64,000 nucleotides of DNA, from positions 32,798,001 through 32,862,000 of the forward strand of contig NC_135808.1 in assembly GCF_964213995.1 (NCBI RefSeq), in the 5' to 3' direction. The translations under genes were made by a program, and so were the position numbers. Positions 1 through 12,200 of this stretch are shown here, one piece after another. Numbering within the stretch: position 1 is the first letter of the stretch; every line of letters begins with the position of its first letter. Source of the DNA: Mustelus asterias. Taxonomy: Eukaryota. The notes under the pieces were generated by a model. That model did no database searches and was not told the origin of the DNA. It was given only the letters and a program-made list of their open reading frames with translations.

Positions 1-43
<43 letters not shown>

Positions 44-251
44 ATGTGAGAGAGAATGTGTGAGAGAGAGAATGTGTGAGAGAGAGAATGTGTGAGTGAG
101 TGAGTGTGTGTGTGTGAGTGAGAGTGTGTGTGTGCACGTGAGTGAGAGTGTGTGAGTGAGAGTGTGTGTGTGTGTGTGTGTGAGTGAGTGAGTGTGTGTG
201 TGAGTGAGAGTGTGTGTGTGCGCGTGAGTGAGAGTGTGTGAGTGAGAGTGT
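1..251. repeat. Compound (TG)n/(GA)n/(TGAG)n microsatellite
   Basis: Directly visible dinucleotide runs up to the N gap. Confidence 0.97.
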
Positions 252-424
252 NNNNNNNNNNNNNNNNNNNNNNNNNNNNNNNNNNNNNNNNNNNNNNNNN
301 NNNNNNNNNNNNNNNNNNNNNNNNNNNNNNNNNNNNNNNNNNNNNNNNNNNNNNNNNNNNNNNNNNNNNNNNNNNNNNNNNNNNNNNNNNNNNNNNNNNN
401 NNNNNNNNNNNNNNNNNNNNNNNN
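252..424. other. Assembly gap (N run)
   Basis: Continuous Ns flanked by microsatellite. Confidence 0.99.
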
Positions 425-468
425 TGTGAGTGTGTGTGCGTATGAGAGAGAGAGAGAGAGAGAGAGAG
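425..468. repeat. (TG)n/(GA)n microsatellite
   Basis: Directly visible. Confidence 0.93.
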
Positions 469-471
469 AAT

Positions 472-598
472 GGCCAGAATTTTACCATCCCGCTCGTCAT
501 GGGAATCGGAGTGGGTGAGGGGCGGACCATGGAAAGGTCCGTTGACCTCGGGCAGGATTTTACGGTTTCGGGGCAAGCGAGGCCATAAAACCCTGTCC
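472..598. mobile_element. Short MITE-like element with imperfect terminal inverted repeats
   Basis: Left end GGCCAGAATTTTAC and right end ATAAAACCCTGTCC are 10/14 reverse-complementary. An internal copy GGCAGGATTTTACGG (551-565) pairs 12/15 with 583-597. It is a GC-rich island embedded in microsatellite. Confidence 0.45.
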
Positions 599-600
599 AT

Positions 601-690
601 TGTGTGTATGAGAGAGAGAGAGATGGGTGTGTGAGAGAGGGTGTTTGTGAGAGAGAGAGAGAGAGAGTAGAGAGAGAGATCGAGAGACAG
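601..690. repeat. Degenerate (GA)n/(TG)n microsatellite
   Basis: Directly visible. Confidence 0.85.
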
Positions 691-799
691 TAAGTGACCC
701 ACTCAGTGCTCTGTGTGACACACTACCCACCTCCTGACACCCTCCAGGATGAACACCTCCCTCTTCTCCCTCAGTCTCCAGCGTTGCAACCAGATTGGT

Positions 800-1000
800 A
801 TTGATGGACTGCCATGAGCAGCCTTTCCCCTAGTGTCTGTGGCTATGACTCATCTTTCATTCCCTCACCCTGCAGTAAAAATATCTCTCACTTTCTATGC
901 CTTTTAGCTTGGACAAAAGATCATCCAGACTTGAAACGTCAGCACTTTTTCTCCTTACAGATGCTGCCAGACCTGCTGAGATTTTCCAGCATTTTCTCTT
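800..1000 (+). mobile_element. Decayed interspersed repeat, probably a Penelope-like element terminal region
   Basis: GACAAAAGATCATCCAGACTTGAAACGTC...CAGATGCTGCCAGACCTGCTGAGATTTTCCAGCATTTTCTCTT resembles, from memory, a very common elasmobranch repeat end with a decayed hammerhead-type CTGANGA...GAAA core. The left boundary is uncertain. Confidence 0.45.
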
Positions 1001-1310
1001 GGAATCTAGGACACAGTGACAGCCTCAGGACAAAGAGAGAACCATTTAGGGCCGAGATGAGAAGAAATTTCATCACAAAGGCTTGTGAATCTTAGTAATT
1101 CTCTCTACCTCGGAGTATTGTGGACACTTTACCATTGAATATCTTTAAGGTGAGAATTGACAGAGTTTTGGTTACTTGGGCAATCAAGTGATATGGCTTA
1201 CTGCTGAGAAAATGGAGTTGAAGCAAAAGATTAGCCAGAATCATATTGAGTGTTGGAGCAGGGTTGTGGAGCTGTATGACAAATTCCTGCTGCTGTTCTC
1301 ATGTCTGTTT
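1001..1310 (+). mobile_element. Degenerate CR1-clade LINE 3' fragment (ORF2 C-terminus plus 3' UTR)
   Basis: Translation SLRTKREPFRAEMRRNFIT resembles GHNYRVRGGRYRTDIRGRFFTQRVV of the intact LINE in this window; frameshifted and stopped. Confidence 0.75.
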
Positions 1311-1560
1311 ATTCTTAAGTTTTTCTATCCCTTAACCAAATTAGTATATGTTCTGTTGTTGTCTACTTTATCCTGGGGATTTCAATTTCACTGACAAATC
1401 CATCACAAGGTACTTTCTGTCCATATTGAACAAGACAGTAACAGTTGAAATTCTCTAGCCCTCTTGCATCATTAATTTCAAGTCCCCCTTTTTTCTCTGA
1501 TTGGATAGTGTGTGATTTTCATGAACAATGGATTACTGATTCCTTTTTGGTTTCTGACAG

Positions 1561-1836
1561 GAATTCACATTCTTCAATTGATATGGTCTGTCAAGGTCAT
1601 TGAAGACGGCTCCATGAAGAGATGGATGTGGTTTGGATTTGATGGAAAGGACTATATTAGTTTAGAGCCAGATCGAAAGAGATGGGTCACAACCAATCAC
1701 TTCGCAGTGAAGACTAAAGAGAAGTCAGATTCAGATCAATCCCGGAATGAGTTCCCAAAACAAAGTTTGAAAGTAGTTGGTGTCCAGAATTTAAAATGAT
1801 ATTTACAAAGAGCAAAGGAACATTTCAAAAGGAAAT
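1561..1836 (+). pseudogene. MHC class I-like heavy chain, alpha2 domain exon, with premature stop (non-classical)
   Basis: Polypyrimidine acceptor TTTCTGACAG ends at 1560. The 276-bp phase-1 exon is the canonical alpha2 size and reads GIHILQLIWSVKVIEDGSMKRWMWFGFDGKDYISLEPDRKRWVTTNHFAVKTKEKSDSDQSRNEFPKQSLKVVGVQNLK*YLQRAKEHFKRK. It carries the GxHxxQ, (F/Y)DGKDYI, W133 and YL motifs. TGA at 1797-1799; donor GTATTG at 1837. Confidence 0.9.
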
Positions 1837-1954
1837 GTATTGATCTCAATTTTGAGCCCATGTTCTGATCTAACTTCACTGATCTATCAAACCATTCTCC
1901 CATTCCATTCAGTGTGGGTTTATTGTTTGGTGTTTTCACTCTTTCCCATTACAG

Positions 1955-2233
1955 TTCAGCCTGAAGTCTTCATCTCCAGAAGTGAGCCCAATAGTCAGTA
2001 CAAGTCGCTCACTCTCTCCTGCCTGGTTACTGGCTTTTATCCTGTAGACATCGAGGTGACCTGGCTAAGGAATGGAGAGGTAATGTCTGAGACACTATCC
2101 TCGGGGGTTCGACCGAACCACGATGGGACCCATCAGATCCAGAAAGAGATTGAAATAAATGCTGGGGATGAGGATCAATACTCCTGTCAAATTGAAAACA
2201 GCAGCCTGGCAGAGCCCAAGCTCCATCAGTGGG
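1955..2233 (+). CDS. MHC class I-like heavy chain, alpha3 (Ig C1-set) exon of the same probable pseudogene
   Basis: Acceptor CTTTCCCATTACAG ends at 1954. The 279-bp open phase-1 exon reads QPEVFIS...LTLSCLVTGFYPVDIEVTWLRNG...GVRPNHDGTHQIQKEIEI...QYSCQIENSSLAEPKLHQW. Donor G|GTAAGG at 2234; 118-bp intron from alpha2. Confidence 0.93.
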
Positions 2234-2254
2234 GTAAGGAACTGTTTTGGATTT

Positions 2255-2388
2255 GTCTGTGTGTGGGGATATGTGTAAGTCTGTTTGCATATCTGTGTGC
2301 ATGTATATGTGTATGTTTGACCGCATGTGTGTGTGCCTCTCTTAATATATATGTGTCTGTATGTGTGTATCTGTGTTTGCTTACATGT
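2255..2388. repeat. Degenerate (TG)n/(TA)n intronic microsatellite
   Basis: TG-rich low-complexity sequence after the alpha3 donor. Confidence 0.75.
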
Positions 2389-2419
2389 TTCCATTGGTTA
2401 CATGCCTCGATTGGTAGCC

Positions 2420-2830
2420 ATTCAGCCTATCCTGACTTATCTGATTCTGGCCTTAACTCCACTTTATTGCCTATGAGTTCTAAACACTCATGACTGCTGA
2501 AGAGAACATGTTCCTCCTCATCTCCATTGTAAATGGGATACCTTTTGCTTTAAACACTTCCCACTAATTCTAGATTCCCTAAACCTGTCAGCTGCTAACC
2601 TGTCAAGCCCCCTCAGGATCTCATCCATTTCAATAAGATCACCTCTCATTCGCCCACACTCAAATGGAAACGGATCCAAGCAGTCCAGCCTTACAATAAG
2701 ATACGCCTCTCATCCCAGGAATCCGTTGAGTGAACTTTCTCCAAACTGCTTCCAATGCAATTATGTCGTTTCTTAAGTTTAGACCAGGACTGGATCCAGT
2801 ACTCTGAGGTGGCCTTGCCAGTACTCCGTT
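2420..2830 (-). mobile_element. Degenerate CR1-clade LINE 3' fragment
   Basis: 2605-2825 aligns by eye with 58030-58260 of the intact LINE (e.g. ATAAGATCACCTCTCATTC vs ATTAAGTCTCCCCTCAGCC; GACCAGGACTGGATCCAGTACTC vs GACCAGAACTGCACACAATATTC). Boundaries are approximate. Confidence 0.7.
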
Positions 2831-3214
2831 GTCATGAACATCTCACTAACCTGATCAGAGAGCAAGAGGTTGGGAACTCCATTTTCCAACAGGCTTTGAA
2901 GCTTTCATGGGCTGTACTTGTGCAGTTCTGCATTTTTATGTTCTTTTGGGTGTGCCTCCATATGAAGAGAAAGAACGTAAATACATGCGCCATGTGTTTG
3001 GGTGAACAGCCAATTGAAATCAAGTGCCCTTGGTAGGGGAAAAGAAGAGGAAACAGAGAAAGGTCCCATGTGAGGAGTCCAAGAAAGAGAACAGGTACGT
3101 GAGGAGATCCCAGTTAACGTAAAAAGGGAAAGGGCTGCAGCTGGCAGAGTTAAAGTGAAGAGGTGCTCAGGAGAAGCCCTGGTAATCTCGAGGACTGAGG
3201 GGAACCACACCTCT

Positions 3215-6200
3215 CTGTAATTGAATAACATCCTGTCCACACTTCCTTCCTGACAGCACACCGTCCTGTAACTGAATAACACACTGTCCACACTCCCTTC
3301 CCTACAGCACACTGTCCTGTAACTGAATAACACACTGTCCACACTCCCTTCCCGACAGCAAACCGTCCTGTAACTGAACACACTGTCCACACTCCCTTCC
3401 CTACAGCACACTGTCCTGTAACTGAATAACACACTGTCCACACTCCCTTCCCGACAGCAAACCGTCCTGTAACTGAACACCCTGTCCACACTTCCTTCCT
3501 GACAGCACACCGTCCTGTAACTGAATAACACACTGTCCTCACTCCCTTCCCTACAGCACACTGTCCTGTAACTGAATAACAAACTGTCCACACTCCCTTC
3601 CCTAAAGCACACCGTCCTGTAACTGAACACACTGTCCACATTCCCTTCCCTACAGCACACTGTCCGGTAACTGAATAACACACTGTCCACACTCCCTTCC
3701 ATATAGCACACTGTCCTGTAACTGAATAACACACTATCCACACTCCCTTCCCTACAGCACACTGTCCTGTAACTGAATAACACACTGTCCACACTCCCTT
3801 CCCTACAGAACACTGTCCTGTAACAGAATAACACACTGTCCACACTCCCTTCCCTACAGAACACCGTCCTGTAACTGAATAACACACTGTCCACACTCCC
3901 TTCCCTACAGCACACTGTCCTGTAACTGAATAACACACTGTCCACACTCCCTTCCCGACAGAACACTGTCCTGTAACTGAATAACACACTGTCCACACTC
4001 CCTTCCCTACAGCACACTGTCCTGTAACTGAATAACAAACTGTCCACACACCCTTCCCTACAGCACACCGTCCTGTAACTGAACACACTGTCCACATTCC
4101 CTTCCCTACAGCACACTGTCCGGTAACTGAATAACACACTGTCCACACTCCCTTCCCTATAGCACACTGTCCTGTAACTGAATAACAAACTGTCCACACA
4201 CCCTTCCCTACAGCACACTGTCCTGTAACTGAATAACAAACTGTCCACACACCCTTCCCTACAGCACACCGTCCTGTAACTGAACACACTGTCCACATTC
4301 CCTTCCCTACAGCACACTGTCCGGTAACTGAATAACACACTGTCCACACTCCCTTCCCTATAGCACACTGTCCTGTAACTGAATAACACACTGCCCACAC
4401 TCCCTTCCCTACAGCATACTGTCCTGTAACTGAATAACACACTGTCCACACTCCCTTCCCTACAGAACACTGTCCTGTAACTGAATAACACACTGTCCAC
4501 ACTCCCTTCCCTACAGAACACCGTCCTGTAACTGAATAACACACTGTCCACACTCCCTTCCCTACAGCACACTGTCCTGTAACTGAATAACACACTGTCC
4601 ACACTCCCTTCCCTACAGAACACTGTCCTGTAACTGAATAACACACTGTCCACACTCCCTTCCCTACAGAACACCGTCCTGTAACTGAATAACACACTGT
4701 CCACACTCCCTTCCCTACAGCACACCGTCCTGAAACTGAACACACTGTCCACACTCCCTTCCTGACAGCACACTGTCCTGTAACTGAACACACTGTCCAC
4801 ACTCACTTCCCTATAGAACACCGTCCTGTAACTGAACACACTGTCCACACTCATTTTCCGACAGAACACCGTCCTGGAACTGAATAACAGACCGTCCACA
4901 CTCCCTTCCCTACAGCAAACCGTCCTGTAACTGAATAACAGACTGTCCACACTCCCTTCCCTACAGCAAACCGTCCTGTAACTGAACACACTGTCCACAC
5001 TCCCTTCCCTACAGCACACTGTCCTGTAACTGAATAACACATTGTCCACACTCACTTCCCGATAGAACACCGTCCTGTAACTGAACACACTGTCCACACT
5101 CTCTTCCCTACAGCACACTGTCCTGTAAGTGAAAAACACACTGTCCACACTCCCTTCCCTACAGCAAACTGACCTCAAACTGAACACACTGTCCACACTC
5201 CGTTCCCTACAGAACACCGTCCTGCAACTGAATAACAGACTGCCACTCTCCCTTCCCTACAGCACACCGTCCTGTAACTGAATAACACACTGTCCACACT
5301 CCCTTCCCGACAGCAAACCGTCCTGTAACTGAATAACACACTGTCCACACTATCTTCCCGACAGCAAACCGTCCTGTAACTGAATAACACACTGTCCACA
5401 CTCCCTTCCCTACAGAACACCGTCCTGTAACTGAATAACACACTGTCCACACTCCGTTCCCTACAGAACACCGTCCTGTAACTGAATAACACACTGTCCA
5501 CACTCCCTTCCCTACAGAACACCGTCCTGTAACTGAACACACTGTCCACACTCTCTTCCCTACAGCACACTGTCCTGTAACTGAATAACACACTGTCCAC
5601 ACTCCCTTCCCTACAGCAAACTGTCCTGTAACTGAACACACTGTCCACCCACCCTTTCCTACAGAACACCGTCCTGTAACTGAATAACAGACTGTCCACT
5701 CTCCCTTCCCTACAGCACACCATCCTGTAACTGAATAACACACTGTCCACACTCCCTTCCCTACAACACAACGTCCTGTAACTGAATAACAGACTGTCCA
5801 CACTCCCTTCCCGACAGCAAACCGTCCTGTAACTGAATAACACACTGTCCACACTCCCTTCCCTACAGCAAACTGTCCTGCAACTGAATAATACACTGTC
5901 CACACTCCCCTCCCTACAGCACACCGTCCTGTAACTGAATAACACACTGTCCACACTCCCTTCCCTACAGAACACCGTCCTGTAACTGAATAACACACTG
6001 TCCACACTCCCTTCCCTCCAGAACACCGTTCTGTAACTGAATAACACACTGTCCACACTCCCTTCCCTACAGAACACCGTCCTGTAACTGAATAACACAC
6101 TGTCCACACTCCCTTCCCTACAGCACACTGTCCTGTAACTGAATAACACATTGTCCACACTCACTTCCCTACAGCAAACCGTCCTGGAACTGAATAACAG

Positions 6201-9200
6201 ACTGTCCACACTCCCTTCCCTACAGCACACTGTCCTGTAACTGAATAACACACTGTCCACACTCACTTCCCTACAGAACACCGTCCTGTAACTGAATAAC
6301 ACACTGTCCACACTCCCCTACAGACCACCGTCCTGTAACTGAACACACTGTCCACTCTCCATTCCCTACAGCACACTGTCCTGTAACTGAATAACACATT
6401 GTCCACAAACACTTCCCTACAGCAAACCGTCCTGTAACTGAATAACACACTGTCCACACTCCCTTCCCTACAGAACACCGTCCTGTAACTGAATAACACA
6501 CTGTCCACACTCCCTTCGCTACAGCAAACCGTCCTGTAACTGAATAACACACTGTCCACACTCCCTTCCCTACAGCAAACCGTCCTGTAACTGAATAACA
6601 CACTGTCCACACTCCCTTCCCGACAGAACACCGTCCTGTAACTGAATAACACACTGTCCACACTCCCTTCCCTACAGAACACCGTCCTGTAACTGAATAA
6701 CACACTGTCCACACTCCCTTCCCTACAGCACACTGTCCTGTAACTGAATAACACACTGTCCACACTCCCTTCCCGACAGAACACTGTCCTGTAACTGAAT
6801 AACACACTGTCCACACTCCCTTCCCTACAGCACACTGTCCTGTAACTGAATAACAAACTGTCCACACACCCTTCCCTGCAGCACACCGTCCTGTAACTGA
6901 ACACACTGTCCACATTCCCTTCCCTACAGCACACTGTCCGGTAACTGAATAACACACTGTCCACACTCCCTTCCCTATAGCACACTGTCCTGTAACTGAA
7001 TAACAAACTGTCCACACACCCTTCCCTACAGCACACTGTCCTGTAACTGAATAACAAACTGTCCACACACCCTTCCCTACAGCACACCGTCCTGTAACTG
7101 AACACACTGTCCACATTCCCTTCCCTACAGCACACTGTCCGGTAACTGAATAACACACTGTCCACACTCCCTTCCCTATAGCACACTGTCCTGTAACTGA
7201 ATAACACACTGCCCACACTCCCTTCCCTACAGCATACTGTCCTGTAACTGAATAACACACTGTCCACACTCCCTTCCCTACAGAACACTGTCCTGTAACT
7301 GAATAACACACTGTCCACACCCCCTTCCCTACAGAACACCGTCCTGTAACTGAATAACACATTGTCCACACTCCCTTCCCTACAGCACACTGTCCTGTAA
7401 CTGAATAACACACTGTCCACACTCCCTTCCCTACAGAACACCGTCCTGTAACTGAATAACACACTGTCCACACTCCCTTCCCTACAGAACACCGTCCTGT
7501 AACTGAATAACACACTGTCCACACTCCCTTCCCTATAGCACAACGTCCTGAAACTGAACACACTGTCCACACTCCCTTCCCGACAGCACACTGTCCTGTA
7601 ACTGAACACACTGTCCACACTCACTTCCCTATAGAACACCGTCCTGTAACTGAACACACTGTCCACACTCACTTTCCGACAGAACACCGTCCTGGAACTG
7701 AATAACAGACCGTCCACACTCCCTTCCCTACAGCAAACCGTCCTGTAACTGAATAACAGACTGTCCACACTCCCTTCCCTACAGCAAACCGTCCTGTAAC
7801 TGAACACACTGTCCACACTCCCTTCCCTACAGCACACTGTCCTGTAACTGAATAACACATTGTCCACACTCACTTCCCGATAGAACACCGTCCTGTAACT
7901 GAACACACTGTCCACACTCTCTTCCCTACAGCACACTGTCCTGTAAGTGAAAAACACACTGTCCACACTCCCTTCCCTGCAGCAAACTGACCTCAAACTG
8001 AACACACTGTCCACACTCCCTTCCCTACAGAACACCGTCCTGTAACTGAATAACAGACTGTCCACTCTCCCTTCCCTACAGCACACCGTCCTGTAACTGA
8101 ATAACACACTGTCCACACTCCCTTCCCTACAGCAAACCGTCCTGTAACTGAATAACACACTGTCCACACTATCTTCCCGACAGCAAACCGTCCTGTAACT
8201 GAATAACACACTGTCCACACTCCCTTCCCTACAGAACACCGTCCTGTAACTGAATAACACACTGTCCACACTCCCTTCCCTACAGAACACCGTCCTGTAA
8301 CTGAACACACTGTCCACACTCTCTTCCCTACAGCACACTGTCCTGTAACTGAATAACACACTGTCCACACTCCCTTCCCTACAGCAAACTGTCCTGTAAC
8401 TGAACACACTGTCCACCCACCCTTCCCTACAGAACACCGTCCTGTAACTGAATAACAGACTGTCCACTCTCCCTTCCGTACAGCACACCGTCCTGTAACT
8501 GAATAACACACTGTCCACACTCCCTTCCCTACAGCACAACGTCCTGTAACTGAATAACAGACTGTCCACACTCCCTTCCCGACAGCAAACCGTCCTGTAA
8601 CTGAATAACACACTGTCCACACTCACTTCCCTACAGAACACCGTCCTGTAACTGAATAACACACTGTCCACACTCCCCTACAGACCACCGTCCTGTAACT
8701 GAACACACTGTCCACTCTCCATTCCCTACAGCACACTGTCCTGTAACTGAATAACACATTGTCCACAAACACTTCCCTACAGCAAACCGTCCTGTAACTG
8801 AATAACACACTGTCCACACTCCCTTCCCTACAGAACACCGTCCTGTAACTGAATAACACACTGTCCACACTCCCTTCGCTACAGCAAACCGTCCTGTAAC
8901 TGAATAACACACTGTCCACACTCCCTTCCCTACAGCAAACCGTCCTGTAACTGAATAACACACTGTCCACACTCCCTTCCCGACAGAACACCGTCCTGTA
9001 ACTGAATAACACACTGTCCACACTCCCTTCCCTACAGAACACCGTCCTGTAACTGAATAACACACTGTCCACACTCCCTTCCCTACAGCACACTGTCCTG
9101 TAACTGAATAACACACTGTCCACACTCCCTTCCCGACAGAACACTGTCCTGTAACTGAATAACACACTGTCCACACTCCCTTCCCTACAGCACACTGTCC

Positions 9201-12200
9201 TGTAACTGAATAACAAACTGTCCACACACCCTTCCCTGCAGCACACCGTCCTGTAACTGAACACACTGTCCACATTCCCTTCCCTACAGCACACTGTCCG
9301 GTAACTGAATAACACACTGTCCACACTCCCTTCCCTATAGCACACTGTCCTGTAACTGAATAACAAACTGTCCACACACCCTTCCCTACAGCACACTGTC
9401 CTGTAACTGAATAACAAACTGTCCACACACCCTTCCCTACAGCACACCGTCCTGTAACTGAACACACTGTCCACATTCCCTTCCCTACAGCACACTGTCC
9501 GGTAACTGAATAACACACTGTCCACACTCCCTTCCCTATAGCACACTGTCCTGTAACTGAATAACACACTGCCCACACTCCCTTCCCTACAGCATACTGT
9601 CCTGTAACTGAATAACACACTGTCCACACTCCCTTCCCTACAGAACACTGTCCTGTAACTGAATAACACACTGTCCACACTCCCTTCCCTACAGAACACC
9701 GTCCTGTAACTGAATAACACATTGTCCACACTCCCTTCCCTACAGCACACTGTCCTGTAACTGAATAACACACTGTCCACACTCCCTTCCCTACAGAACA
9801 CCGTCCTGTAACTGAATAACACACTGTCCACACTCCCTTCCCTACAGAACACCGTCCTGTAACTGAATAACACACTGTCCACACTCCCTTCCCTATAGCA
9901 CAACGTCCTGAAACTGAACACACTGTCCACACTCCCTTCCCGACAGCACACTGTCCTGTAACTGAACACACTGTCCACACTCACTTCCCTATAGAACACC
10001 GTCCTGTAACTGAACACACTGTCCACACTCACTTTCCGACAGAACACCGTCCTGGAACTGAATAACAGACCGTCCACACTCCCTTCCCTACAGCAAACCG
10101 TCCTGTAACTGAATAACAGACTGTCCACACTCCCTTCCCTACAGCAAACCGTCCTGTAACTGAACACACTGTCCACACTCCCTTCCCTACAGCACACTGT
10201 CCTGTAACTGAATAACACATTGTCCACACTCACTTCCCGATAGAACACCGTCCTGTAACTGAACACACTGTCCACACTCTCTTCCCTACAGCACACTGTC
10301 CTGTAAGTGAAAAACACACTGTCCACACTCCCTTCCCTGCAGCAAACTGACCTCAAACTGAACACACTGTCCACACTCCCTTCCCTACAGAACACCGTCC
10401 TGTAACTGAATAACAGACTGTCCACTCTCCCTTCCCTACAGCACACCGTCCTGTAACTGAATAACACACTGTCCACACTCCCTTCCCTAAAGCAAACCGT
10501 CCTGTAACTGAATAACACACTGTCCACACTATCTTCCCGACAGCAAACCGTCCTGTAACTGAATAACACACTGTCCACACTCCCTTCCCTACAGAACACC
10601 GTCCTGTAACTGAATAACACACTGTCCACACTCCCTTCCCTACAGAACACCGTCCTGTAACTGAACACACTGTCCACACTCTCTTCCCTACAGCACACTG
10701 TCCTGTAACTGAATAACACACTGTCCACACTCCCTTCCCTACAGCAAACTGTCCTGTAACTGAACACACTGTCCACCCACCCTTCCCTACAGAACACCGT
10801 CCTGTAACTGAATAACAGACTGTCCACTCTCCCTTCCGTACAGCACACCGTCCTGTAACTGAATAACACACTGTCCACACTCCCTTCCCTACAGCACAAC
10901 GTCCTGTAACTGAATAACAGACTGTCCACACTCCCTTCCCGACAGCAAACCGTCCTGTAACTGAATAACACACTGTCCACACTCCCTTCCCTACAGCAAA
11001 CTGTCCTGCAACTGAATAACACACTGTCCACACTCCCCTCCCTACAGCACACCGTCCTGTAACTGAATAACACACTGTCCACACTCCCTTCCCTACAGAA
11101 CACCGTCCTGTAACTGAATAACACACTGTCCACACTCCCTTCCCTACAGAACACCGTCCTGTAACTGAATAACACACTGTCCACACTCCCTTCCCGACAG
11201 AACACCGTCTTGTAACTGAATAACACACTGTCCACACTCCCATCCCTCCAGAACACCGTCCTGTAACTGAATAACACACTGTCCACACTCCCTTCCCGAC
11301 AGAACACCGTCCTGTAACTGAATAACACACTGTCCACACTCCCTTCCCTACAGCACACTGTCCTGTAACTGAATAACACATTGTCCACACTCACGTCCCT
11401 ACAGCAAACCGTCCTGGAACTGAATAACAGACTGTCCACACTCCCTTCCCTACAGCACACTGTCCTGTAACTGAATAACACACTGTCCACACTCACTTCC
11501 CTACAGAACACCGTCCTGTAACTGAATAACACACTGTCCACACTCCCCTACAGACCACCGTCCTGTAACTGAACACACTGTCCACTCTCCCTTCCCTACA
11601 GCACACTGTCCTGTAACTGAATAACACATTGTCCACAAACACTTCCCTACAGCAAACCGTCCTGTAACTGAATAACACACTGTCCACACTCCCTTCCCTA
11701 CAGCAAACCGTCCTGTAACTGAATAACACACTGTCCACACTCCCTTCCCTACAGAACACCGTCCTGTAACTGAATAACACACTGTCCACACTCCCTTCCC
11801 TACAGAACACCATCCTGGAACTGAATAACACACTGTCCACACTCCCTTCCCTACAGAACACCGTCCTGTAACTGAATAACACACTGTCCACACTCCCTTC
11901 CCGACAGCAAACCGTCCTGTAACTGAACACCCTGTCCACACTTCCTTCCTGACAGCAGACCGTCCTGTAACTGAATAACACACTGTCCTCACTCCCTTCC
12001 CTACAGCACACTGTCCTGTAACTGAATAACACACTGTCCACACTCCCTTCCCTACAGCACACTGTCCTGTAACTGAATAACACACTGTCCACACTCCCTT
12101 CCCGACAGAACACTGTCCTGTAACTGAATAACACACTGTCCACACTCCCTTCCCTACAGCACACTGTCCTGTAACTGAATAACAAACTGTCCACACACCC

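Noticed and set aside
238-1394. Short ORFs at 238-445, 814-1095 and 1176-1394
   Set aside because: They span the N gap or decayed TE fragments and show no independent coding signal
2234-2493. Hydrophobic read-through after alpha3 as a transmembrane segment
   Set aside because: It follows a consensus GTAAGG donor, and the C/V-rich peptide is simply the translation of a TG microsatellite
2893-3003. Candidate TM exon after acceptor TTTTCCAACAG
   Set aside because: The TM-like frame (WAVLVQFCIFMFFWVCLHMKRK) is out of phase with the phase-1 alpha3 donor; the in-phase frame is only weakly TM-like and resembles no class I TM exon I recognise
3308-3335. Cryptic 12-RSS in many units (CACACTG + 12 nt + ATAACACAC)
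   Set aside because: Heptamer 6/7 but nonamer only 5-6/9 versus ACAAAAACC; no V/D/J segments nearby; expected in CA-rich DNA. RIC scoring would settle it.
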